From NCBI RefSeq assembly GCF_006345805.1, contig NC_043016.1:3720001-3784000 (forward strand): a DNA stretch of 64,000 nucleotides, read 5' to 3'. The position numbers were made by a program, and so were the translations under genes. The stretch comes from Octopus sinensis (Eukaryota). Within the stretch, counting starts at the first letter, position 1. Each line of letters starts with the position of its first letter. Shown piece by piece: positions 25,250 to 38,589 of this stretch. The notes under the pieces are model-generated. The model did not search any database. It was not told the origin of the DNA and worked only from the letters and a program-made list of their open reading frames with translations.

Positions 25250-26230
25250 CAGAAGTGGTCCAATCTTTAAATATCCTCTCATTTCCAGCCTCAACATGGA
25301 AACTTTGGATGTAGAAATTGAAGGGCAGTAGTAAGGTAAGAGATATGAGGTGTGTGTTTGAACAAATGTGTGTAGTGGAGGGGTTGAAATGAAGAGGGAT
25401 GGAGAATATAAACCGTGAAGGACTAAAGTATGCAGGGAGAAAACTAATCTCTGCTCTACACGAAGGCGGGTGTCCGAGTGATCTCTGTACAAGGGAAGTT
25501 CAAACACAAAAAGATGATCCAGGGAATGACCAATCTAGCGGGAATTAGGTGATACCGATGTGTTTTCGCCGACTTTGATGTTCAGAATGTGTTCGACGAA
25601 ACGCTCAACTAGGCGGCATGCAGTTTGTTCAATGTATGGAGAATGGCAAGGAGGTGCAAGTGTATGAGTTGGTGAAGAGGTAGGGGCGGTGTTGGAGACT
25701 AAGGGACAGTTGCGTCAGCGTGGTCGACATCAAAGGAAAGAGTCAGATTGAGTGCCAGGCACTGGGAAAAAGGCTATGAGTCTGTACGTCGCGTAGATTG
25801 CTGGCACGTCTGAAGGAGGAGTTATGTAGGGAAAATGGTGGAGTGGGGTGAAATAGTCGGATCTGACTTAGCAGAAAGCGCGTAAAGCGGGGTGTCGGAG
25901 GGTTTGGATGGGGGAATGATAGGTAAGTAGGACAGGAAGGCGTGTAGAAGGGATGGTCATGGGAGAGATGATTTTCACGAGATAAACAAAACGGAACGTG
26001 CGGATAAAGGTGTTTGATATCTCCCATGGTTGAAGTGATGAGAAATGAGTTGGAATTGTTCCTCGAAGTCACCACTTGGGTTGGCGGAGACATATGAAGT
26101 GAGAGTAGAGATGGTTTGGTATGAGTATGATGGGTAAAGGAGAAGTATCGACAGGAGAGAAAGTTTCTGGGCTTGCAGTGAACGAAGATGATTATACTCA
26201 TGGAATCAAATGAAGTGCATTGCAAGTCCA
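25250..26230 (-). mobile_element. Penelope-like element 3' region (GIY-YIG), second family, degenerate
   Basis: Minus-strand YIEQTACRLVERFVEHILNIK (GIY-YIG, like YIGQT.RRL..RF.EH) and RDHSDTRLRVEQRLVFSLHTLVLHGL. Confidence 0.72.
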
Positions 26231-26344
26231 GATTTCCTTGGAAGTAAACGGTTTAATATACCCCTAGCACAACATTTAACCATGCGGGAATACCATTTCA
26301 GATTTGTATACTTGCATTTCGGTAGTGTTTGAAGGTGGGAAAAA

Positions 26345-26498
26345 ATCGATCATATAGACTTCAGTACTTAACTGGTACTTAATTTATCAACACCGAAAAG
26401 ATGAAAGGCAAAGTCGACCTTGGCGGAATTTCAACACAGAAGGAAAAGACGAGCATTTTGTCCGGTTTCTGAAATTCGTCTTCAGCTCATCGCCTTAT
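26345..26498 (-). mobile_element. tRNA-derived SINE family A, degenerate
   Basis: GATGAAAGGCAAAGTCGACCTTGGCGGAATTT, with the head abutting the AAT tract. Confidence 0.7.
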
Positions 26499-26557
26499 AA
26501 TAATAATAATGATAATGATAATAATAATAATGATAATAATAAAATAATAATAATAAT

Positions 26558-26621
<64 letters not shown>

Positions 26622-26641
26622 GTAATAATAATAATAATAAA

Positions 26642-27196
26642 TGTTCTGAGGCAGTACGGGGCACTGGCTCTCATGGCTTCTGATCTTAACTGATTGCAAG
26701 TGTTATCATGTACATTGTTTTGTCTTGGCATAAAAGATGGGCTACAGCAAATATTCTGCTCAATACCACAGATTTGCTTGTCAGTTGTTTGACCTTAACC
26801 AGTTGACCATGTCCCTTAGTGGCTGACGATATGTGCATCTCTGATCACGAGCAGAAGTAGTGGGGTAGCATCATAGCCATGTGTTGAGAGGGATTCTTTG
26901 GGGTTTGAATAATTCACCTCTGGAAACATGGGTGTTTCGTTCAACATCCTTAAACAACCCTTATTCAGGGGCCTTTTGAACGGGATAGGTTACTCGACCA
27001 GAAGAAAATACTAACTGGGCTCCACCTGCAAGGTCATGCAGTGTTAATCTTGATATGAGATCACCACGTCGCGCACACATGGTTGTGATGCATGTGCCTG
27101 GTGTACCCTTATCAGACGGGTAGTCATGATGGGTATACTGGGATTCGTATATTTTACCCCAGTGTCACTTTGATAGCATGCACTGCTCTCTCACTC
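26642..27196 (+). mobile_element. Unclassified 550-bp non-coding element with (AAT)n tail, copy D1
   Basis: Full-length homology to 31271-31813; ends CTCTCACTC(AAT)n; no ORF, TIR or A/B box seen. Confidence 0.8.
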
Positions 27197-27236
<40 letters not shown>

Positions 27237-27325
27237 GTAATAATGAAGATGATGATGATGATGATGATGATAATAATAATAATGATAATAATAATAATAA
27301 TAATAATAATTATTATTATTATTAT

Positions 27326-30300
27326 GTTTTTTCCTTCTTTCTTCAAATTTCCGTTTCTCGTCGAGTGTTTTCCATACACCTAGGGCAGAGAAGCTCATTG
27401 TATGCATTCCCAGATTACACACGCAAATTCACAGATAAAATATGTATTAAAATTAATAAATAAATTCATGGTTGGATGTTGTTTTCACAGCGATAATGCT
27501 CTTCTCAGTACATGAGCCGTTCCAGTTAATACGATTTGTTGCACTCCCTGCAGGGATGGTAAGCCTTGTATCATTTTCAAATAGGTTTCAGTAGCATTTT
27601 TTTTTTATCATTCCTAGAGATCCCACAATCACTGGTTCTGTAGTCGCCCTGAGATGCCACATTTTTTTTCAATTTCCATTAGCAACTCCTTATATTTACT
27701 AATCTTGTTAAATTCTTTCGCCGCTATATTGTGATCACAAGGGATACCCATGTCAATTAACAAACACATCCTTTTTGTCTGATATTTTATGATGATATTC
27801 GGTTTATTAGCTTTTATAGTCTTGTCGGTCTGTATGAGGAAGTCCCATAGAATCGACAAATGTTCTCACTCAGTCACAGCTTCAGGATGGTGTTTATACC
27901 ATTTGTCAGCGGTTTTGATTTTATAATACCGACATATTGTCCAATGTAAATACTGGCCGACTCTGTCATGTCTTGCTTTATATTCTGCTGGTGCTAAGAC
28001 ACTACACCCTGAGATTAGGTGGTCTATTGTTTCAATCTCATCGTTACAGAATCGGCATTTTGAGTCAGCTCCATTTTTTATCACATTGGCTTGGTAGTTC
28101 CGGGTTAATAGGCTTTGGTCTGGAGCAGCTAATATGAAACCTTCACTCTCTGCTTTTAGCCCTGAGCTTCGTAACCATTGGTGCGTGTGTTTCTGGTCGA
28201 CATCAGCTTGTTTGCTACGGGCCACATACTTGCCATGGAGAGGTTTCTGCTCCCATCAGCTAGCTAATTTTTCATGTGCTTTTGTCTTTGCAATTAATTT
28301 TATTTTCTTTGCAGCTGCAGTTGGCGCATTTCCTTCAGCCTGATCAATCTGGTGGGTATCTAAGAGATCAGCAGCGAATTCTTTGCTCTCTTTGAGAATA
28401 GAGTGAAGTCTTCAGTCTTTCAGGTTTTTCAACAATTTTTAGCATCCAATCGTTGGTTGCTTCAAGGTATTTGGCCAGTCCGATTGTGGTGGCTTTGTAT
28501 GTAAGTTCAAGCTGGATCAAACCTCGACCCCCCTGAGCTCTGGGAAGGTAAAGGGTAAAGGCGATCCACGTCTGCCTTTGGATGGTGCATATTATTACAA
28601 GTCAGTAGCTTGCGGATTTTTCTGTCAAAATTTCATTATTTCACTAGTATTCCAGTTAAGCACATTGAAGCTATAAAGAACAACTGGGACTGCTAAGAAA
28701 TTTATGGCTAACACATTATATGCATTCAGCTCACACTTCAGGACTGCTCGAACTCTTCTATAACATTCCTTCCTAATATTCTCTTTCATGCTTGCATGCT
28801 GGATACCAGAGCCTTCATTTATTCCTAGATATTTATAGATTTGTTCCTGCTCAAGTTCCTTTATTACTGTTTCGACATCTAATTCGATTGAACTAGACTT
28901 TACCAATTTCCCTTTCTTAAAAGTGGCTTCGGCACACTTTGCAATGCCAAACCACTTCCCGATATCATCACTGAATCCTTTCATGGTTTGAAATAATGCT
29001 TCAAGCTTTTCATCATTTTTGCCATATAGCTTTAAATCATCCATATAAAATAGATGGCTTATTTTCCTGTTGTCAATTTTGTAGCCATATCCTCTTCTAT
29101 TCAGTTCACTTGAGAGTGGTATTAGTGCTACGCAGAAACTTAGTGGTGAAAGTGAGTCACCTTGGAAAATTCCACAGTTTATGCTAGTGTTGTCTGAGCG
29201 TAATACTCCATTAGAATGATATAATTGGAGCTTCGTGTTCCTTAGTGACATATACTTTAAAAAATCTGAAATCACAGGAGAAATTTTGAAAATGTCCAGC
29301 GATTTCAGAATCCACGAATGCGGTATGCTATCAAAGGCTTTTTTTATAATCAACCCGTGAAGAGCTGAGATTTCTGCGCTTGTTATGGCCATTCTCAAGG
29401 ATCATGCGATTAATTAGGAGCTGATCTTTGCATCCGTATGATCCTCGTCTGCATCCTTTTTGTTCAGTAGGAAAGAGGTTATTCCCTTCCATAAACGTAT
29501 ATATTTTCTCCACTAGAATAGATGTCAAAATCTTATAGGTAGTAGATAAACATGTTATAGGTCGATAGTTTTTTGGTTCTTTCGTTTTGTTATTTTGGGG
29601 GAGGAGGTAAGTAATACCATTTTGCCATCCATTTTTTTCGGGTCTTTCATAATACTATTAAATAGTATTACTAACATTTTGTGTGCGGACGAGAGTGATG
29701 AGAGCCAGAAATTTGGTACTCTATCAATACCAGGGGATTTCCATTTATGAGCCTTCGTTAGTGCCCGCCTTAGGTCGGCGATTGAGATGTCTTCCCATAC
29801 CTGTTCTTGTACATTTTTGTAGTCATCTTGGGTGCGTTTGATCCACTCTGCATTTTGGTTGTATGGTTTCTCATCACTCCAGATCCCCTTCCAAAAGTTT
29901 TCTACTTCTTCCATTAGGGGTGGATTTTCAATGGTTATTTTTTCTTTCCCTATTTCCCTGTAAAATGATTTGGCATTGGAGTTGAACATATTTTGTTTGT
30001 AGAATTTGATTCTTTTCTCTGAGCTTTTGCTTGAACCTTTTGTTTAAGTGTTTCTTTCGCTGACATTAGTTCTTCTCTTGTTGCGAGTCCATATTTTCTC
30101 ACAATCTTCCTACCTTTTCTTGATCTTACATCAGTTCCAGAGATTAGCTCAGTTAATATTGATATCTCCCGTCGCAATGATTCAATTTCAGTTTCAATTC
30201 TACTCCTCCAGTTTGATTTTCTTTTCGAATTTGGTATTGCTGGCTTTTTGGGTGTTAAACAGCGTCTTTCGAATACCTTAGCGACAGAGTAAATAATTTC

Positions 30301-31152
30301 ATTTAATTTATTAAGATCGGATTTTAGTTTGTGTATGATTTCTTGTGTAACGCAGTTGCCAATTTTTATTTGTGTTTTATGTTGGTGTGCATTTGAGAGT
30401 TTATGGAGTGGTTCCCTATCATTCATATTTGTATGCCTACAACTGCAAGCTCATTCAGAACTTCTTGCTTAATTTCAATGATAGATTTTCTGTGTTGTTC
30501 AACAAACATGTGGTCTTCAAATTCTGCTTCGACATCATTTTCTGGGCTGTTTTTTCTAGGGTCATTATATTTTCCTTTTTCTTCAAGATCTTGAGTCGTT
30601 TCGGCAGATGGTCGCCTTTCCGTCAATGCTTGTGGCCCAACATTCCTCCCCTCAGCTTCGTTATTTCTTTCCTGACTTACATTTAGGTCATTCTCTACCA
30701 CTTTTTTAATAGAGGTTAATTCTGCATCTGTGAGTCTGATATTTCTGAAGATATCTCTTCTAACACTTGCTAATCTGTTTTCATCCATGTTTGGTCTGCT
30801 AGCTGGATTCCGGCTCCTCCAAATTCTGTAGGAGTTTGCGGTGTGTCTCTCTTGGGTTGGCCTACTTAATGCAAAGTAATAAGCATATATTACTTCTTTA
30901 TATTCTTCCCGGTTCCATTTAGTTCTTTTACTTTTATGATTTTCTGGTCGTTGTGGTGGTGAACTTTGGGGGCTTAATTTGGGACAAATCCCGTTTAAGT
31001 GACCTTCCAGGTTCGTATTCGGGGAAGATATTCTGCCATTTGAAAATTTTTCGCCATCAGGCTGGCAGCCCCCTGACGGGCGCGCTTCCTGTATAACCAT
31101 TGGACAAGCGATTCGGTGTACTGTTAGAAATTCTCTTTTCAAGTAAAGTTAA
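27326..31152 (-). mobile_element. R4/Dong lineage G, near full length (3.8 kb), frameshifted
   Basis: N-terminal KRTKWNREEYKEVIYAYY; RT GIFQGDSLSP and FYMDDLKL; CRFC..HLISGC, RHD, KPNIII; ATT tracts on both sides on the + strand. Confidence 0.96.
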
Positions 31153-31162
31153 ATTATTATTA

Positions 31163-31237
<75 letters not shown>

Positions 31238-31270
31238 GTTATCATCATCATCATCATCATCATCATTATA

Positions 31271-31813
31271 GCTCCAGGCAGTGGCTCTCGTGGCTTCTGA
31301 TCTTAACTGATTGGAAGTGTTATCATGTACATGTTTTGTCTTGGTATAAAAGTTGGGCTACAGTAAATATTCTGCTCAATACCACAGATTTGCTTGTCAA
31401 TTGTTTGACCATAACCTATTGAGCATGTCCCTTAGTGGCTGACGATATGTGCATCTCTGATCACGAGCAGAAGTAGTGGGGGAGCATCATAGCCGTGTGT
31501 TGAGAGGGATTCTTTGGAGTTTGGATATTTAACCTCTGGAAACATGGGTGTTTCATTCAATATATTTAAAGAAACCTTTTTCAGAGTTTGTTTAAAGGAC
31601 CTTTACTCAACCTGAAAAAATTCTAGCCAGGCCCCCACCTGCAATGTTATGCGTTGTTTATCTTGATATAAGATCACCATGTCATGAACATATGTTTCTG
31701 GTGCATGTGCCTGGTGTACACTTATCATTCGTGTAGTCATGATGGGCATATTGGGCTTCGTATATTTGTACCCCACTTTCACTTTGATGGTATGTGCCCC
31801 TCCTCTCTCACTC
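31271..31813 (+). mobile_element. Unclassified 550-bp non-coding element, copy D2
   Basis: Homologous to D1 throughout; degenerate AAT/AAC/GAT tail. Confidence 0.8.
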
Positions 31814-31869
31814 AACAATGACAACAATAATAATGATAATAATGATGATAATAATAATAGTAATAATAC

Positions 31870-32050
31870 CGTATGGACGTGTGACAGCGAGCTGCCGGGA
31901 AGATATATCAAATCTGAAACCATCACGAAGCAGGAATTAAGAAACCCCAATATCAAAGAAAGAATTAATGTAAACCATCTCAGGAAGCTGAAAGATTTTT
32001 CGTATATGGAGTATATATATACAAAAAAAAGCTTCCCCTTCGACAGCAAT
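31870..32050 (+). pseudogene. Possible Penelope GIY-YIG remnant
   Basis: KQELRNPNIKERINVNHLRK weakly resembles HKEQINLPQYRQIPLSNHID at 57950-58180. Confidence 0.35.
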
Positions 32051-32859
32051 ATGTGAATCAAAATGTAAACACTGCAACATTTCTATACGAAAACCGCAAG
32101 TCTGCGAGTATATTTTTAAGTCTTAAACATATACATTTTTAATTTAGTTTAACATATACATCCATATTTATATAAGACCTCCATATATATGCACATTGAT
32201 GTTTCTTCTCAGTCTCTCGCTGATACTTCAATAACAATTATAACTACGAAAGAAACAGTAACACATGTCCAAGGGTGGAGTTCAGTTAAAAAAGTAAACG
32301 CTGTAAAAATGAACCCATAAGAAAACCAACCGAAAGAGAAAGAACGGTGGACAGATAAACATAAATACAATGAAATAGTTGATTTATGATTTATACAGAC
32401 TTTTATGCACACTCATCCGAAAACATACATCAATAAACTGATACAATAAATACCCAACAAAATGAACAACGCCCACAACACGTGCAATAGAAGGCCGATT
32501 CCCGACAGAAGAACACAACTAATACAGCAGAAGACTCAAACCAAACCCATAACAAAACATACTGATACAATAATGTATCCTCCCACCCCACAATAAATGC
32601 AGCACACACCACTTCATCAGCTCAAAGGTGCAACAAATGATGCAGTAGAAATTTGCTTGAAATTATCAAAAAATAATAGTGGTGATGACGCTGCTGTCGA
32701 AAGTTACTTTACCTCACTTTATAAGAGACATGGGTTTTCGAAGACACTCTGGCTGTAAAAGCGAAAATGAAGCTGGACATTTAAAGGAAGGCCTCTCGCT
32801 CGGTAGGGGTTCAGTAAAGATGCAGACTGACCACAGTTGTTATCCTAATACAATGTCAG

Positions 32860-35575
32860 CAGATAATTGAGTGAGAAGAAAACAGGTTTGTGATGAAGTG
32901 CTACATAGAAAGTGAACCTAAAAGAAAGGTCTATAGAAACCGGATGGTAACACTTTGGATAGAGGTTATGTTTAAAGTGACTGAAAAGAGATTAGGAGAT
33001 CAATCTAAAGCTATTAGGAGAAGAGAGTGCATGACAGCATTGGAGGTAAAAGAGATCACGAGAACTGGAAGAGAAAGACTTGGCAACAACATAAATGATA
33101 CAGCTTAAATCAAAGAAGAACTGAAAGGCAATAGTAATAATTGCGCTACTAATAAGAAAGGGACAACTGGCACCAGTGACTTAAATGATTTAAGTGAAGC
33201 AAAGCAGATTTTAGATGAGTTTCAGGAAGTAATGAGTAAAGAAATAAGAAAATGATTGCCAACACTAAAAGACATCTACAGAAGGGAACTGCGAGAAATG
33301 ATTAGGAAAGTAGATTCTGTCATCAGTAGGATAGATACTACATACATATTATTGATCTATGCAGGAGTGGCTGTAGTTACTAGAAGGTTAGCTACCTCAC
33401 AGGAAAAGATTAAAAAAGAGCAAATGTGGAAAAGAAGACTACAAAATAAAGTGAAGACTTTAAGACAAGATCTGAATAGAATAGAAGCATGGAAACTGAA
33501 TAAGTCTGGAAACGCAAGATGCAAATCTTTCCTTGTGAAAAAATATTAAGTCAAAGAGAAAGGATTTGGGACAACAGAAGAGTTGAAACAGCGTATCATA
33601 GCAGTAGCAAGTAAGCTCTTCAGATATCAGAAAAGAATAGATTAGTATCAAAAGAATAGATATTTGAGACAGACCAGAGCAGATTTTATACCCAAATGAA
33701 TAGTGGAGAACGAAGTACTGAAGATGAGAGACCCAATGCAGAGGAAGCTAGAAAGTTCTGGAGTAATATCTGTGATAAACCAGTCAATCATTGTGGAGAT
33801 GCTGTATGGTTAAAAAAGTGAGGAAAGAGATAGGGAGTGAGAAGCAGCCAGATGTAAGACTAACTAGTACATTAGTGAGTAAAGTGTTAGGGAAAATGCC
33901 GCATTGCAAGGACCTGGTTTATTTCATGAGTACTGGCTAAAGAAATTTAGTAGTTTGCATAAGAGGCTGAAGGAACAACTTCAGGGTTGCCTTAATGGAG
34001 GAATAATACCAGATTGGATGACTAGAGTGAGGTCAATACTGATTACGGAAAATAAGATCAAGAATAATACAGCCAGCAACTATAGACCAATCACTTACTT
34101 ATCATTAGTTTGGAAGCTGCTGACATGATTGCTTTCATAATGCGTTTATGAGCACCTTGACAACTAGAATGTACTACCAGAAGAACAGAAAGGTTGCATG
34201 AAGAAGGCCAGAGGAACGCATGATCTATTACATAGAGCCAAAGCACTTCTAAATGAAGTAAAAGCTAGAAAGAAAAATCTAACTGTATCATGGATGAATT
34301 ATAGGAAAGCCTATGGCATGATCCCACACTCTTGGATAAGGGAATGTTTGAGTATATTCAGTGTAGCAGACAAAATAAGAGAATTAATTAGTGTTAGCAT
34401 GAAGAAATGGAAAGTAGATCTCTACTCAGGTGACAAACTCTTAGGAAAAGTTAATATCAATAGAGAAATTTTCCAAGCGGAAATGTTTGATGTTTGATAC
34501 CCTCAGTTTAGTATTAAGGAAGGCAAAGGCAGGGTATCAGTTCAGAAATAGTAAGGGGAAAATTAGATAAGTGTGGAATATTAGTCATGAGAAGGGAACA
34601 AGTAGTCAACACTGAAGGCATCCAATTACCAGATGACCAGACATTAAATTCATTGAAAGGAGGAGAGAGTTATAAGTATCAAGGAGTATTAGAATCTGAC
34701 AAAGTACTAACTACAAAAATGAAAACGAAAATTGAGAAGGGATGCATTAGAAGGGTGTGGAAGCTAATGAAGTCAAAGTTAAATTATCCAAATCTTGTGA
34801 AGAATGTAAATATTTGGGCGGTATCATTACTTATATACTCAGCAACTTTGTAGATTTGGCAAAAACTGAATTAGCAAAGCTAGACAGAAAAACTAGGAAG
34901 GAATGGAGGACTCCACCTAAGGTCAGTAGTAATAAGATTATACTTACCTAGAAAGTAAGGTGAAAGAGGGTTAATATCAGTAGAACACTGCGTGGAGTTA
35001 GAGTAGATATAGACTCCTATTATGTAGGTAATAGTGAAGGAAGTTTACTAAAAGCTGCTAGAGTCATATACTGCAAAGATGGCATTGAAATAGTGGACAA
35101 CCTAATCTCTGAGTCTAAGGTTCTGGCACCTGAAGAATACCAATCGAAACATGACAGAGTTGGCCAATATCTATATTGAATAATGTGTCAGCATTATAAA
35201 ATCAAAACTGCTGACAAATGGTGCAAGCACCACCCTGAGGCTGTAACTGAGAGAAATGTAACGATTCGTTGGAACATTCCAGTATGTACAGACAGGATCA
35301 TCAAAGCAAATAAACCAGATATTGTTGTGTAAGACCAAAACAATAAAGTCTGTTTATTGATTCACATGAGCACACCATGTGACTATAATATCTCGGCAAA
35401 AGAATTTGATAGTCTCAGAAAATATAAAGATTTAGTAATCGAAATGGAAAAGATGTGGCATCTCAAGGCGGTTGCAATACCAGTGATTGTAGGAGCATTT
35501 GGAAGGATCGAAAAAGGAACTGAAAATTATTTAAGAATGATCTCTGGCCTTCCGGTCAAGGTTCACATTTTTCAG
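32860..35575 (+). mobile_element. R4/Dong lineage H, old and heavily mutated, 3' UTR missing
   Basis: MKCYIESEPKRKVYRNRM..VTEKRLGDQ N-terminus; NYRPITYLSLVWKLLT; SWMNYRKAYGMIPHSW; IPVIVGAFG. Confidence 0.88.
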
Positions 35576-35589
35576 CAGGTAGTTTCGCT

Positions 35590-36900
35590 GACAGTGCGCA
35601 TCCTCTGCAGCCTTTTACCAGGTTTTCAACTTCCTTGTCCACTCTTGGCCAGTATACGAAACTTCGCATCGGCGCTTTCATTCTAGAGACGCCTGAGCGT
35701 CCCAAATGGAACTCTTTTAGCATTCTCTTCTGTAATGTCTGTGGTATGACCGCCCTCTGAGCGTACATTTGTACACCATCACATATAGAGTTCACGCAGT
35801 TCTTTGCATCAGACCTTTCTTTATTTCCTTTTGTCGACCACAATTTTCATTTTTTTTTGTCTCATTAATAAATTTTTTCATTTCTTTTTATTATTTATTT
35901 TTATTTTTTCCAAAGTTACTGGTAGTTCACGCACAATGTTCCACATCACTTTTTTCTTTCCGCTCCCGCTCTTAGCGCTGCTATTACGGTGTCCTCCAGC
36001 TGCTCATTATTTCTCGGAATTAACCTAGACAGTCCCAACATTTTTGAAGCCAGATATTCCACTCTATAATTGTAGTTTAATAGAATGATACCTCACCGCT
36101 GAAGTCTGTTGACCTATCTGTCGCTATTTCTTTCTAGGTTTCATATATCGTTATTAGTGGTCTATGATCCATTTGCAACCCAAATCGTCTGCCATGAATG
36201 AACCTGTAGAACTTGATATGTGCCCCATAGCATTTCTCCCGCCATCGTTATCCTTTTGTAGGAGCACAGCTCCTACCCCATACTCGCTAGCATCTGTAGC
36301 TAGTATTATCTCTAATTTGGGTTGAAATGCGTAAGACAAAAGTCTGAAGTTAACGCATCTTTTTACTCGTTAAATGCTTTCTGGCATTTCTCTGTCCAAA
36401 CCTATTTGACTTTTTTGTAAGTAATTCATTACGTGGTGCCTTACCTTATGTATATTTGGGATATAAGCTGGGTAATAATTTACCAAGGCTAGGAATGCTG
36501 GAATGCTGAGGGGTTTAACATCGAGAAAATATTCCCTCCATTTAGTTTAGCAAATGTTTCTTCTGGGCTTGGTAGTGAGCAGTTGTATGTGAGTAAACAG
36601 TCGTTTAATCCGGTTGAAAAATCTGCGCACACTCTTAGCTTATTATTATTTTTTACGTAGACCGCTGGTGCTGCCCAGTGTGCACAGTCAATATTTTCAA
36701 TTATATTCAAGCTCTCCAACCTTTCTTGTACTGACCTGGTCTGCCGCCGCAAACGGCACGTTCCGTTTGGCCCTGAAAATAGGTGTTGAATTTTCTTTGA
36801 TAGCACCCCCTGCTTTTGTTTTTGTGCAACAGCCTAAACCTTCCGAAAGATTTTTGGGAAAATTTAGTTCATTATTTTGTCTCATTCATTTTCTCATCTC
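35590..36900 (-). mobile_element. Ty3/Gypsy LTR retrotransposon pol remnant
   Basis: RT WAAPAVYV.KNNKLRVCADFSTGLND; RNase H ILATDASEYGVGAVL; integrase Zn region LKEFHLGRSGVSRMK..VYWP..DKEVENLVKGCRGC. Domain order RT-RH-INT. Confidence 0.88.
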
Positions 36901-37087
36901 TTCGTATCGGAATAATAACACACTAACTTCTGTTTTACTATCGCTGATAACTCCACTAACTGACTAGAACTGTCAACTCTGAACTCTTCGACTCTCGACC
37001 CTCTCTTGACGACCGGCTACTGGTCTATTTATAACTACTTATGTATAACCACTATTTACCCGGAGGGGTATGCCGATTCACTGTACA

Positions 37088-37561
37088 ACAAAACAATACC
37101 AGTAATAATTAGAGCAATTGGCATGACAAAATATCATATAAACAAAAACGTAGAAGCTACACTTGGACACTCAACGCTGCACACAATCCAAAACGAGAAA
37201 AAATAGCCCTGCTAGGAACAGCCCATATTCTACGCAAGACACTTTCAATTCGTTAGTACAACCCAAACAATGCAATCTACAAACACAATACATACTCTAT
37301 GTACCAAGTATCCATTGAAATAATCTACCACCAACAGGCTAGATATCCAAAACATTACACATACAACAAGCAATACAAACATTAATACAACAGAAGACAG
37401 CAACAGGAACCACATAAGAATGGAAATTGCGGTAATACAATACCAGGAAGAGACGTCGCACACCCAACAATAAGAAAGAACCCACTATGTTGCACGCAAC
37501 TCAACACCACGGAGGTGTAGCAGGCGATGCAAAAGAATTTGCCTGAAACTACCAAGTGTTG
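37088..37561 (+). mobile_element. R4/Dong lineage I, 3' fragment
   Basis: KTIPVIIRAIGM..ALLGTAHILRKTLSI*; distinct 3' UTR ending ..AAGTGTTG then AAT repeats. Confidence 0.8.
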
Positions 37562-37562
37562 A

Positions 37563-37610
<48 letters not shown>

Positions 37611-37691
37611 ATAATAATAATAATAATATTATATAATAATAATAATAATAAATAATAATAATAATAATATTATAATAATAATAATAATAAT

Positions 37692-37760
<69 letters not shown>

Positions 37761-37810
37761 TAATAATAATAATAATAATAATATAATAATAATAATAGTA
37801 TATATAATAA

Positions 37811-38519
37811 TACAGAGTATCTCAACAGGCACGATAGAGCTGCACAATATATTCACTGGGTAATCTGTAAAAACCTGGATTTGCCCCATGAAAAAACTGG
37901 TGGGAACACAAACCACCCCCAGTGCTTGAAAATGACCACATCTCACTCCTCTGGAATTTCACCATTCAAACTGACAGGAAGATAGATGCAAATAGGCCAG
38001 ACATCATATTGAAAGACTTCAAACAAAGAACATGCCTCCTCATTGATATGACTGTCCCAATCGATATAAACGTATCTGTCAAGACCTACCAAAAATGAGC
38101 AAATATAAAGATCTTGAAATAGAAATCAGCAAAATGTGGAAGCTGAAGACTAAAACAATACCTGTTGTCATAGGTGCCCTGGAATGATAGCAAAAGGGGC
38201 TGATAGCTACCTAACTCAGATACCAGGAAACCCCAAAATGGCAGAAGTTCAAAAGATAGTGCTCATGGGAACTGCTCATATCCTACCCAAAATACTCTCT
38301 ATGTAATCTCAATGTTTAAAACAAACATAATTTTCGGTTTAAGGAAAAAAAAAAAAAACCCTTTTTTTTTAGACATTCATTAGTACAACATCCCCACCCC
38401 CCAAATATATGGCACACTAGGCATAACAACAACATGAACTTCCAACCCTGTTGTCTCTTGAGGTCTTTGGGTGAGACTTGGAGCCAACTTGTACAAATAT
38501 AGAGCAAAAGTCAAACATA

Positions 38520-38520
<1 letters not shown>
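37811..38520 (+). mobile_element. R4/Dong lineage F copy F2
   Basis: Near-identical to 21481-22193; AAT on both sides. Confidence 0.96.

Positions 38521-38586
<66 letters not shown>

Positions 38587-38589
<3 letters not shown>

Noticed and set aside
31040-31140. HDV-like ribozyme at the 5' end of G (8-bp hairpin followed by CGAA, with a possible P2 GAGAATTT/AAATTTTC on the minus strand)
   Set aside because: I could not find P1, P3 or L3, and the region is an open reading frame, so the hairpin alone is insufficient.
26642-31813. D1 and D2 as LTRs of an element enclosing G
   Set aside because: There are no TG..CA ends, PBS or PPT; the copies are clearly diverged; and the interior is a non-LTR element on the opposite strand.
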